Below are positions 32,506 through 41,519 of a DNA stretch of 64,000 bases, piece by piece; within the stretch, counting starts at the first letter, position 1, and each line of letters starts with the position of its first letter. A program made the translations under genes and the position numbers. The notes beneath the pieces were generated by a model. The model saw nothing but the letters and a program-made list of their open reading frames with translations. It searched no databases and had not been told where the DNA came from. The DNA is from Candidatus Marinacidobacterales bacterium (lineage in GTDB: Bacteria > Acidobacteriota > Vicinamibacteria > Marinacidobacterales > DATDRI01), in contig CBDCNP010000002.1 of the NCBI GenBank assembly GCA_965219415.1, positions 2,848,001-2,912,000 of the forward strand, given 5' to 3'.

Positions 32506-33393
32506 TCAAGTCGATGTAATCGCGAACTCGATCAAGATACCACCGACGAACTTGGTGGTAATCGTCCTGTCGTCCTGCGAATACGTGCGGGTCATGATTT
32601 CCATGGAGCCTTGCTGCTCGGTGGCAGCCGTTCCCGCCGGCCCAAGGAGCCTCTCTACCTGCTGTAACGTCAACCCTTTCTTCAACTTGGTGACTTCGCG
32701 CTCGGGAGGGTCGTTGGGCCGAGTCGTTTCGGTCGCGTCAGCGGCGGCCGGGATAGAAAGGTTTTCCTGAGCGGCGGGGAAGTCCACGAACTTGCTCAAG
32801 GCCTCCACGATTCCATTAGGTGTGACTGCCTCCGGCGGAACGGCGTTGTGGTAACGGATGTTGAACCGGCTTCCCGACTGCGCTCGACGCGCCCGCTCGT
32901 CGGCGGCTTGGGCTACTTTGGCCTGGGCGGACTGGGCGCTGGCCCAGGCGTTGTCCTGTCTCCGCTCCCGTCGAAGATCGTCTTGTTCGTCCTTGAGTTC
33001 CTTTCGCTTCTGAGGATCCGTTTCCCATTTCAGCTCTTGCTCTATGTTCTTTTCTCGTCTCGACTTCCCTTGGTTGTAGGAGCCAGATGAGTAGGTAGAG
33101 GCGCTCGCTAGGTTGTCGGCGAAGGTTCCGAAGCCACCACCTCCGAGCTGAAACTCGATATGCTTTTTCTTGATGTGCACCTTCGTCACCATGATGGATT
33201 GTCCCGCGTGGACTCCCGTGCCGTTGGTCTTGAGATTCTGCGCCAACTTGCGGAAATCGACCGGCATCGGCTCGTTAGGGTAGACGTCCACCCCGATTTG
33301 GCTGGCTGGCATGTCGAGCTTCACGACCACCGTCATGCCTTCGAAGTACTGGCGGAGGACGGATTCGCTCTGCGCTGAAGCGAAGCTCGACAC
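32506..33393 (-). CDS. Hypothetical secreted protein, signal peptide truncated; C-terminal SmpA/BamE-like segment
   Basis: Begins with signal-peptide tail SSFASA|Q; IEFQLGGGGFG; LKKGLTLQQVERLLGP. Confidence 0.6.
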   Translation of the reverse strand: MSSFASAQSESVLRQYFEGMTVVVKLDMPASQIGVDVYPNEPMPVDFRKLAQNLKTNGTGVHAGQSIMVTKVHIKKKHIEFQLGGGGFGTFADNLASASTYSSGSYNQGKSRREKNIEQELKWETDPQKRKELKDEQDDLRRERRQDNAWASAQSAQAKVAQAADERARRAQSGSRFNIRYHNAVPPEAVTPNGIVEALSKFVDFPAAQENLSIPAAADATETTRPNDPPEREVTKLKKGLTLQQVERLLGPAGTAATEQQGSMEIMTRTYSQDDRTITTKFVGGILIEFAITST

Positions 33394-33778
33394 CGACGAC
33401 TTGAACGCGATCCCCCAGCAAGGCCGTGCCGAGGTTCACGATCGATCCGCCACGCCGGCCGACCGCGGCTAGATAGTTATCTGTCCCGGTTCCTCCGGAG
33501 CTCTCCGTTAGCAGAACGATGGCTTCCTCGTGCCCGTCACCGTCCAGATCTCCTGTCAGCCGGAAGTCGCGGACGAGCCGCACCCTGGGACGAGACGCCA
33601 CCCCGGGAACGAAGGGCTCGCCTTCGAAGGAGCCGTTCTCGAGTTGTACTGCATGGTCGTAGATTCCTTGATAGGAACAGTTCGCAAGCTCATCCGGTGA
33701 AGGCGCTTCTGATTGTGCCAGAGCGAGACTGGCCGGGAACACTAGGATCGACAAGATTTGGATTCTAACGGCGATCAC
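33394..33778 (-). pseudogene. 5' part of a secreted protein gene fused out of frame to the next gene
   Basis: Signal peptide ALA|Q, GDLDGDG...ESSGGTG...LGDRVQV, then the frame runs into the downstream gene. Confidence 0.55.
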
Positions 33779-33956
33779 ATTCGTCTCCCGGAGTGATCAC
33801 GGAACCAGAACTAGAGAGAACTTCTTGAATGGCGGTTAATTTTCTGAGATGGGAATTCCTGGGAATCCTCTAGGGCAGAATATCAGAAGTGGAAAAAATG
33901 TTGGAGTCTCTGCTAGTCAAGGATGCAGAAGCGAGCGAGGCTTCCCAACGCCTATA

Positions 33957-34713
33957 TCAACGGCGCCACGTCAGCTCGAACTCGTAGGTATCCGCCCCGT
34001 TCTTGTCGTCCTCTATTCTCACTACCGCCGTGTAGTTATTCGAGGAGCTTGGGGCCTGAACGAGCTCCACCTCGCCCCGGCCGTCAATCTTGTGGAGCGA
34101 TACCGGCACCTCGCGTTCGGGAAGGGGAGACTGGAAGCGGGCGCGACGCTCCTGGGTCCCTTGACCACCCATGTCTTTCACGAGATGCTCGTCGCCGCGG
34201 ATCTCGATCTCGGCACCGATGTCGACGCGTCCTTCCCAACGGAAGACACCTTCTCGACGATTGTCGAAGTCGTCCCACTCATCGTCGTCATCCCAATCGT
34301 TGTTGTCCCAGTCATCCCAGTCATCGCGTCGCCAGACGAGCTCGAACTCATAGTAGTCGTCTCCCATCTGCTTCCCGTCGTCGAGTCGGACGACGGCTGT
34401 ATAGTCGTTCCACGAGCTCGGTTCCTCGATGAGCCGCACGTCTCCGCGCCCTTTGATCTTGTTGAGCTTGAGATGGATCTCGCGAGCTCGGGAGTGGCGC
34501 GCTGAACCGATGGTCCTGGCGCTGGATGGGCTTGGCTTCAATATGATTGATACGGATAGATTCGCCGCGGATCATAATCTCGTCCACGCCATCCACTTGT
34601 CCCCGCCACTGAAAACGCTCTTCCTTTGCGGTAGCTTCCGCAGGGACAGGTCCAGCGTCCATCCAGCAGCCGCTCACCAGCAAGAATTTCCCTAGAAAGA
34701 GTTTCGCATCCAT
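33957..34713 (-). CDS. Exported two-repeat beta-rich protein with D/W-rich linker (frameshift near 34485)
   Basis: Two ~95-aa copies FxWxGxVD...IRG...FxxPLP...GRGxVxLxxxPSSxNxYTAVVRxxD...YEFELxWRR; AAGGAG upstream. Confidence 0.75.
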
Positions 34714-34813
34714 CCTGATTTCTCCTTTACCACTATAGAACCACATCAAGGAGCCTGTCGCCAGGTCCCCGGCGCCTGGCTAGCCTGATTCTAGCCCCGC
34801 GCTATCTTGGCGC

Positions 34814-34866
34814 CTGAAGTGAGCTTCAGTACGGCCCTTGACGGGAGCGGGCTCACGGTTTAAAAG
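34814..34866 (+). promoter_or_regulatory. Palindromic site plus putative sigma-70 promoter of the amidohydrolase array
   Basis: CTGAAG-TGAG-CTTCAG (34814-34829), then TTGACG-17 nt-TAAAAG. Confidence 0.45.
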
Positions 34867-34891
34867 TGCTTCCGGACAGGAGGTATTCGGT

Positions 34892-36196
34892 ATGCAAAGG
34901 CTTACAAGCGTTCTGATCTTGGTGCTGTCGACGGCGGTGGGTGCGGCGGCACAATCAGGTGACTCCGACGTCAAGGCCATCGTGGGGGCCAACGTCGTGG
35001 ATATCGAAGGCGGGGAGCCGATCCGTGATGCGGTGGTGGTGATCGTGGACGAGCGGATTTCCGCCATTGGCCCGGCTTCGAGCACCCGGGTTCCGACCGG
35101 GGCGGAGGTGATCCATGCCGATGGTATGTGGCTCGTTCCCGGCCTCATGAACATGCACGTCCACTTCGGCCTGAAGCTGCCCGGGAAGATGGCGGCCGAA
35201 TTGGCCAATGAAAAGGACACCGAGCTCGCCCTCCGTGTGGCCGACAATGCTCGACAGTCGCTTTTGTCGGGCGTCACGACCATACGAAGCACCGGTGACA
35301 CGGGCGCCGCGTCGATTGCCCTCGATAAGGCGATCAAGAAGGGCCACGCCGTCGGGCCTCGCATCTGGAGCCCCAGCGACGCCGTGCCCATCTCCGGCGG
35401 CCATGGGGCGAGACATGGCAAAACCTACGATGGTCCTTACGAGCTCATGAAGGCGGTTAGAGAACGCGTGGCCGACGGGGCGAGCTGGATCAAGATAGCG
35501 ATTTCCGGAGGCATCGCGAGCCAAGGGGGCGCCATCGCGGAAGCCACCATGACGCCCGAGGAAATGGAAGCGGTGATCGATTCGGCCCACCGTTTCGGGC
35601 GCAAGGTAACTGCGCACTCCGGCTCCCCGCAGGCAACGTCAACGGCCGTCGACCTGGGCGTCGACTGCATCGAACATGGCTACTTTCTCGATCGTCCCAC
35701 GCTCGAGAAGATGAAGGCGAACGGTGTCTGGTTGGTGCCCACCATCGTGGTCAGTCAGCCGGCTACCGCGCCTTTCTTCGAGAAGATCGGTTCTCCCGAG
35801 TGGTATCTGAAGCGTCGGGACTCGGTCGGTAAGGATCATTGGAAGGCGCTCCAGACGGCGATTGAAGTCGGCGTCAACATCGGTCTGGGTACGGATCAAT
35901 TTCCTCATGAGCCGAACGATGGCACGACGGCCACCGTCCGTGAGGCTCAGTACTACGTCGAAGCGGGCATGACGCCGCTCCAAGCATTGCGGTCCGGGAC
36001 CATCGAAACGGCGAAGCTTCTCGGTGCCGAAAAAGACATCGGCTCCATCGAGGTCGGTAAGTACGCGGACATCCTGGCGGTGCCGAGGGATCCGACCGCG
36101 GACATCAAGGCTCTCCGCCAGATTCAGTTCGTGATGAAGGGCGGCGAGGTGTACCGCAACGACATGGCGGCCGGAGCTCGGGCTTCGGGCCGGTAG
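34892..36196 (+). CDS. Secreted amidohydrolase-superfamily peptidase, copy 1
   Basis: Signal peptide; PGLMNMHVH, GVTTIR, GGHG, WIKI, AHS, EHG, GTD, GKYAD; GGAGG RBS. Confidence 0.93.
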   Translation: MQRLTSVLILVLSTAVGAAAQSGDSDVKAIVGANVVDIEGGEPIRDAVVVIVDERISAIGPASSTRVPTGAEVIHADGMWLVPGLMNMHVHFGLKLPGKMAAELANEKDTELALRVADNARQSLLSGVTTIRSTGDTGAASIALDKAIKKGHAVGPRIWSPSDAVPISGGHGARHGKTYDGPYELMKAVRERVADGASWIKIAISGGIASQGGAIAEATMTPEEMEAVIDSAHRFGRKVTAHSGSPQATSTAVDLGVDCIEHGYFLDRPTLEKMKANGVWLVPTIVVSQPATAPFFEKIGSPEWYLKRRDSVGKDHWKALQTAIEVGVNIGLGTDQFPHEPNDGTTATVREAQYYVEAGMTPLQALRSGTIETAKLLGAEKDIGSIEVGKYADILAVPRDPTADIKALRQIQFVMKGGEVYRNDMAAGARASGR

Positions 36197-36216
36197 GTCG
36201 GTAAGGAAGTAATGAT

Positions 36217-37524
36217 ATGCGACAAATTCAGAACGCTCTGATTGGGCTGTCCGCGGCGCTTGCTTTATTGATGCCGCAGGCAGCGGAGTCTCAAGTAAAG
36301 GCCATTGTTGGCGCCAATGTCGTCGATCTCGATGGCGGGCCGGCGATCCGGGATGCCGTCGTCGTGATCGAAGGCGAGCGCATCTCCGCCCTCGGCCCAT
36401 CGGGAAGCGTACGCATTCCCTCGGGAGCGGAAGTCATTCCCGCCGATGGCATGTGGCTCACGCCTGGCCTCATGAACATGCACGTCCACTTCGCGCTGAT
36501 GCTGCCCGGCAAGATGCAAGCCGAGCTCGCCAACGAAAAGGAGACTGAGAAAGCACTCCGCGTCGCCCACAACGCGCGGCTATCTCTCCTTTCGGGTGTG
36601 ACCACGGTACGCCTCCCGGGAGATAAGCGCGAGACGGCGATCGCGCTCGATAAAGCCATCAAGAAGGGCCAGGCCGTGGGTCCGCGTATCTTCAGCGCCG
36701 GCGAATCGGTCCCTATCACCGCGGGACACGGTAGCCGCGGTGTAAGACGGACCTACGATGGGCCCAGCGAGCTCATCAAGGCGGTCCGTGAGCGGGTTAA
36801 TGCAGGGGCGAGCTGGATCAAGATTCTCATTTCCGGTGGCATCTCGACGCAAGGTGGCAACATTGCCGAGGCCACCATGACTCCAGGGGAGATGGAAGCC
36901 GTGATCGACGCCGCGCACCGGTTCGGGCGAAAAGTAACTGCACACTCCGGTTCTCCGCAGGCAACGTCAACAGCCGTCGACTTGGGCATTGACTGCATCG
37001 AACATGGGTATTTTCTCGATCGCCCCACGCTCGAGAAGATGAAGGCGAACGGTGTGTGGCTGGTGCCCACCATCGTCGTCAGCCAGCCAGCCACCGAGCC
37101 CTTCTTCAAGAAGATCGGTTCTCCCGAGTGGTATCTGAAGCGCCGGGACTCGGTGGGCAAGGAGCATTGGAAGGCGCTGCAGACGGCTATCGAGCTCGGG
37201 GTCAACATCGGTCTCGGTACGGATCAAATGCCTTATGAGCCCAACGCCGGGACAACCGCCACAATACGGGAGGTTCAGTACTACGCGGCGGCAGGGATGA
37301 CGCCGCTTCAGGCCTTGCGGGCGGGCACGATCGAGACGGCGAGAATGCTCGGTGCCGAAAAGGACATCGGCTCCATCGAGGTGGGCAAGTACGCGGACAT
37401 CCTGGCCGTCCCGAGTGATCCAACCGCGGACATCAAGGCGCTTCGTCAGATTCAGTTCGTGATGAAGGGCGGTGAGGTGTATCGCAACGACATGGTTACC
37501 GGAAGTCGACCTTCCGGCCAATAA
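36217..37524 (+). CDS. Secreted amidohydrolase, copy 2
   Basis: Same motifs (HVH, K, H, H, D); MRQIQN signal peptide. Confidence 0.93.
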   Translation: MRQIQNALIGLSAALALLMPQAAESQVKAIVGANVVDLDGGPAIRDAVVVIEGERISALGPSGSVRIPSGAEVIPADGMWLTPGLMNMHVHFALMLPGKMQAELANEKETEKALRVAHNARLSLLSGVTTVRLPGDKRETAIALDKAIKKGQAVGPRIFSAGESVPITAGHGSRGVRRTYDGPSELIKAVRERVNAGASWIKILISGGISTQGGNIAEATMTPGEMEAVIDAAHRFGRKVTAHSGSPQATSTAVDLGIDCIEHGYFLDRPTLEKMKANGVWLVPTIVVSQPATEPFFKKIGSPEWYLKRRDSVGKEHWKALQTAIELGVNIGLGTDQMPYEPNAGTTATIREVQYYAAAGMTPLQALRAGTIETARMLGAEKDIGSIEVGKYADILAVPSDPTADIKALRQIQFVMKGGEVYRNDMVTGSRPSGQ

Positions 37525-37550
37525 GGAAGAGTAAGGTTAGGTATCAAAAG

Positions 37551-38855
37551 ATGCGACAAATTCAGAACGCTCTGATGGGGCTGTCTGCGGCGGCACTCGT
37601 GCTCTTGGCGCCGCAGACAGCGCAGTCTCAAGTGAAAGCGATCGTCGGCGCGAGCGTGGTGGATCTCGACGGCGGCCCCGCGATTCGAGATGCCGTCGTC
37701 GTCATCGATGGCGAGCGAATCTCCGCGATCGGTCCGTCGGGGAGTACGCGGGTTCCTTCGGGAGCGGAAGTGATCCGTGCCGACGGCATGTGGCTGCTTC
37801 CGGGCCTGATGAACATGCATCAGCACTTCGGGTTCATCCTTCCAGGCAAGATGCAGGCCGAGCTGGCGAACGAGAAAGATACCGAGCTGGCACTTCGCGT
37901 CGCCGACAATGCGCGCGGATCCCTTCTTGCCGGCGTGACTACGGTGCGGCCGCCCGGCGACAGTCGTTCGGCGGCGATTGCTCTCAAGAAGGCTATCGAC
38001 AAGGGGCAGGCCATCGGCCCGCGCATCTACAGTGCCGGTGAGGCAGTTCCCATTACCGCAGGCCACGGAGCCGGCGAAGTCACCTACGACGGTCCTTACG
38101 AGCTCATCAAGGCGGTTCGGGAGCGCGTCGCCGCCGGCGCTGTATGGATCAAGATCATGATCTCCGGAGGCATCGCGACCCAGAGCGGAGCGATCGGGAA
38201 AGCCACCATGACGCCGGAAGAGATGGGAGCGGTGATCGATGCCGCACACCGGTTCGGCAGGAAGGTTACTGCTCACTCCGGCTCCTCGCAAGCGACGACG
38301 ACGGCGGTCGAGTTGGGGATCGATTGCATCGAGCATGGTTACATGCTCGATCGCGAGACCCTGATGAAAATGAAGGAGCATGGTACGTGGCTGGTGCCGA
38401 CGATGGTAGTAACCCAGCCGGCCACACAACCGTTCTTCGAGAAGATCGGTTCCCCGGAGTGGTACCTCAAGCGGCGCGACTCGGTGGGCAAGGAGCACTG
38501 GAAGATGCTTCAAATGGCCATTGAGGTCGGAGTCAACATCGCGCTCGGCACCGACCAGCTTCCCCAAGAGCCCAACGATGGAACGATCGCAACGGTCCGG
38601 GAGGCCGAATACTACGTGGCGGCGGGGATGACGCCGCTTCAAGCATTGCGATCCGGCACCATCGAAACGGCCAAGCTTCTCGATGCCGACAGTGACATCG
38701 GCTCCATCGAAGTCGGCAAGTACGCCGACATCTTGGCGGTGCCGAGCGATCCGACGGCGAACATCAAAGCCCTCCGTCAGATTCAGTTCGTGATGAAGGG
38801 CGGCGAGGTGTACCGCAACGACATGGCTACCGGCGGTCGGGCCTCGGGGCGATAA
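37551..38855 (+). CDS. Secreted amidohydrolase, copy 3
   Basis: Same motifs (HQH, K, H, H, D). Confidence 0.93.
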   Translation: MRQIQNALMGLSAAALVLLAPQTAQSQVKAIVGASVVDLDGGPAIRDAVVVIDGERISAIGPSGSTRVPSGAEVIRADGMWLLPGLMNMHQHFGFILPGKMQAELANEKDTELALRVADNARGSLLAGVTTVRPPGDSRSAAIALKKAIDKGQAIGPRIYSAGEAVPITAGHGAGEVTYDGPYELIKAVRERVAAGAVWIKIMISGGIATQSGAIGKATMTPEEMGAVIDAAHRFGRKVTAHSGSSQATTTAVELGIDCIEHGYMLDRETLMKMKEHGTWLVPTMVVTQPATQPFFEKIGSPEWYLKRRDSVGKEHWKMLQMAIEVGVNIALGTDQLPQEPNDGTIATVREAEYYVAAGMTPLQALRSGTIETAKLLDADSDIGSIEVGKYADILAVPSDPTANIKALRQIQFVMKGGEVYRNDMATGGRASGR

Positions 38856-38868
38856 AGGGGGCACAACG

Positions 38869-40179
38869 ATGCGACGAATTCAGAACGTTTTGTCAATTTT
38901 CACAGCGGCGGCACTCGGGTTCTTGGCCCCGCAAACGGCGCAGTCTCAGGTGAAGGCGATCGTGGGCGCGACCGTGGTCGATCTCGACGGCGGAGCGCCG
39001 ATTCGAGACGCCGTCGTCGTCATCGATGGCGAGCGAATCTCCGCCATCGGTCCGTCGGGGAGTACGCGGGTTCCCTCTGGGGCGGAAGTGATTCGTGCCG
39101 ACGGCATGTGGCTCGTTCCCGGTCTGATGAACATGCACCATCACTTTGGTTACATGATGCCCGGCCCGATGACCGCTGAGCTGAGGAATGAGAAGAATAC
39201 CGAGCTGGTACTCCGCGTCGCCGACAACGCTCGACAAGCTCTACTCTCGGGAGTGACGACGGTAAGGCCTCCCGGCGATCGGCGCGAGGCTGCCATCGCA
39301 CTCAAGAAAGCCATCGACAAGGGCCAGGCGATCGGTCCCCGTATTTTCAGCGCCGGCGAAGCGATCCCTATCACCGCGGGTCACGGCAGCAACCACGTCA
39401 GGAGGACCTACGACGGGCCCGACGAGTTAACCGAGGCGGTCCGCAGCCGCGTCGCCGCCGGGGCGGTCTGGATCAAGATCATGGTTTCCGGAGGCATTGC
39501 CACTACTGGCGGCGATATCTCGGAAGCGCTCATGACGCCCGAGGAGATCGAAGCGGTCATCGACTCTGCCCATCGTTTCGGACGAAAGGTGACCGCCCAC
39601 TCCGGCTCGCCGAAGGCGACGATGACCGCGGTCGACTTGGGGATCGATTGCATCGAGCACGGCTACATGCTCAATCGTGAAGCCCTCGTCAAGATGAAAG
39701 AGAACGATGTCTGGCTCGTCCCGACAATGGTGGTTACACAGCCCGAGACGGACCCGCTCCACGAGACGTTCGATTTGCCGGCTTGGTACGTGGCGCGACG
39801 CGAGGCGGTCGGGAAGCTTCACCTCAAGGCGATCCAGATGGCCATCGAGGAGGGCGTCAACATTGCTCTGGGGACAGACTTCCTACCCGCAGAGCCCGCC
39901 AACGGAACCACCGTCACAGTGGTCGAGGCCGAGCTTTACGTCAAGGCGGGGATGACGTCGCTTCAGGCGTTGAGAGCAGCGACCATCGAGCCGGCGAGGC
40001 TTCTCGAAGCCGAAGAGGACATCGGTTCACTCGAGATCGGCAAGTACGCGGATATTCTTGCGGTGCCGAATGATCCCACGAAGGACATTTCGACTCTTCG
40101 CCAAATTCAGTTCGTGATGAAGGGCGGCGAGGTGTACCGCAACGACATGGCTACCGGAAGTCGGGCTTCCGACCAATAG
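38869..40179 (+). CDS. Secreted amidohydrolase, copy 4
   Basis: Same motifs (HHH, K, H, H, D); GTDFLP variant. Confidence 0.93.
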   Translation: MRRIQNVLSIFTAAALGFLAPQTAQSQVKAIVGATVVDLDGGAPIRDAVVVIDGERISAIGPSGSTRVPSGAEVIRADGMWLVPGLMNMHHHFGYMMPGPMTAELRNEKNTELVLRVADNARQALLSGVTTVRPPGDRREAAIALKKAIDKGQAIGPRIFSAGEAIPITAGHGSNHVRRTYDGPDELTEAVRSRVAAGAVWIKIMVSGGIATTGGDISEALMTPEEIEAVIDSAHRFGRKVTAHSGSPKATMTAVDLGIDCIEHGYMLNREALVKMKENDVWLVPTMVVTQPETDPLHETFDLPAWYVARREAVGKLHLKAIQMAIEEGVNIALGTDFLPAEPANGTTVTVVEAELYVKAGMTSLQALRAATIEPARLLEAEEDIGSLEIGKYADILAVPNDPTKDISTLRQIQFVMKGGEVYRNDMATGSRASDQ

Positions 40180-40203
40180 AGTAAAGTAAGGCTGGTGATT
40201 CGA

Positions 40204-41511
40204 ATGCGACAAGTTCAGAAAACTCTAATCGGGTTATTTGTGGCGGCAGTTGTTTTCTTGGCGCCGCATACTGCGCAGTCTCAAGTGAAGGCGATCGTCG
40301 GCGCGAGCATAGTCGATCTCGACCGCGGCTCCGCGGTCGGGGATGGCGTGGTGGTGATCGAAGGAGAGCGAATCTCTGCGATCGGCCCGTCGGGCAGCAC
40401 GCGTATTCCGGCGGGCGCGGAAGTCATTCGCGCCAACGGCATGTGGCTCGTTCCCGGCCTCATGAACATGCACACGCACCTCGGTGTCATCATGGCGGCG
40501 CAGAAGGCGGAACTGGCCAATGAAAAGACGACGGAGTTGGCCCTGCGGGTCGCCGCCAATGGGCGCAAAGTTCTCTTGTCGGGCGTGACGACGATTCGAT
40601 CACCCGGTGACAGGAAGGGTGCGGCTCTGGCTCTCAAGAAGGCGATCGCCAAGGGTCAAGCGGAGGGGCCGCGCATCTTCAGCGCGGGCGCGGGGCTGCC
40701 GATCACGGCTGGGCACGGCAGCGACAGTGGCGCGGAGACGTATGATGGTCCTTATGAGCTCATCAAGGCGGTCCGCAGTCGGGTTGCCGATGGGGCGGTT
40801 TGGATCAAGATCTTCACGTCCGGCGGCATCTCGACTCCGGGGGGTGACATTTCCGAGGCCCTGATGACGCCCGAGGAGATCGAAGCGGTGATCGACGCCG
40901 CCCATCGTTTCGGTCGAAAGGTGACCGCGCATTCGGGCTCTTCGAAAGCGACGAGTCTGGCGGTCGACGCGGGCATCGACTGCATCGAACACGGCTATAT
41001 GGTCGACCGTGAGACCCTATTAAAGATGAAGGCGAATGGCGTTTGGCTTGTTCCAACCATCACCGTGACTCAGCCGGCGAGCACACCCTTCTTCGAACAG
41101 CAAGGACCTCCTGCGTGGTACATGGCTCGCCGCGAAACAGTGGGAATAACGCATTGGCAGGCTCTCCGGACGGCGATCGCGGAAGGGCTCGACATCGCTC
41201 TGGGCACGGACTTCCTACCCTCGGAGCCGATCGATGGTACAACGGCCACCATCCGGGAGATCGAATACTACGTGGCGGCGGGGATGACACCGACTCAAGC
41301 CTTGCGAAGCGCGACAATCGAAACCGCTAAGCTTCTCGACGCCGATAAGGACATCGGTTCACTCGAAGTCGGCAAGTACGCGGACATCTTGGCGATGCCG
41401 AGCGATCCCACCAAAGACATCTCCGCCCTTCGCGAGATTCAGTTCGTGATGAAGGGGGGGACCGTCTACCGTAACGACATCGGCGGCGGGAGTCGAGCTT
41501 CCGGACGATAG
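40204..41511 (+). CDS. Secreted amidohydrolase, copy 5
   Basis: Same motifs (HTH, K, H, H, D); GTDFLP variant. Confidence 0.93.
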   Translation: MRQVQKTLIGLFVAAVVFLAPHTAQSQVKAIVGASIVDLDRGSAVGDGVVVIEGERISAIGPSGSTRIPAGAEVIRANGMWLVPGLMNMHTHLGVIMAAQKAELANEKTTELALRVAANGRKVLLSGVTTIRSPGDRKGAALALKKAIAKGQAEGPRIFSAGAGLPITAGHGSDSGAETYDGPYELIKAVRSRVADGAVWIKIFTSGGISTPGGDISEALMTPEEIEAVIDAAHRFGRKVTAHSGSSKATSLAVDAGIDCIEHGYMVDRETLLKMKANGVWLVPTITVTQPASTPFFEQQGPPAWYMARRETVGITHWQALRTAIAEGLDIALGTDFLPSEPIDGTTATIREIEYYVAAGMTPTQALRSATIETAKLLDADKDIGSLEVGKYADILAMPSDPTKDISALREIQFVMKGGTVYRNDIGGGSRASGR

Positions 41512-41519
41512 GCATCGCA

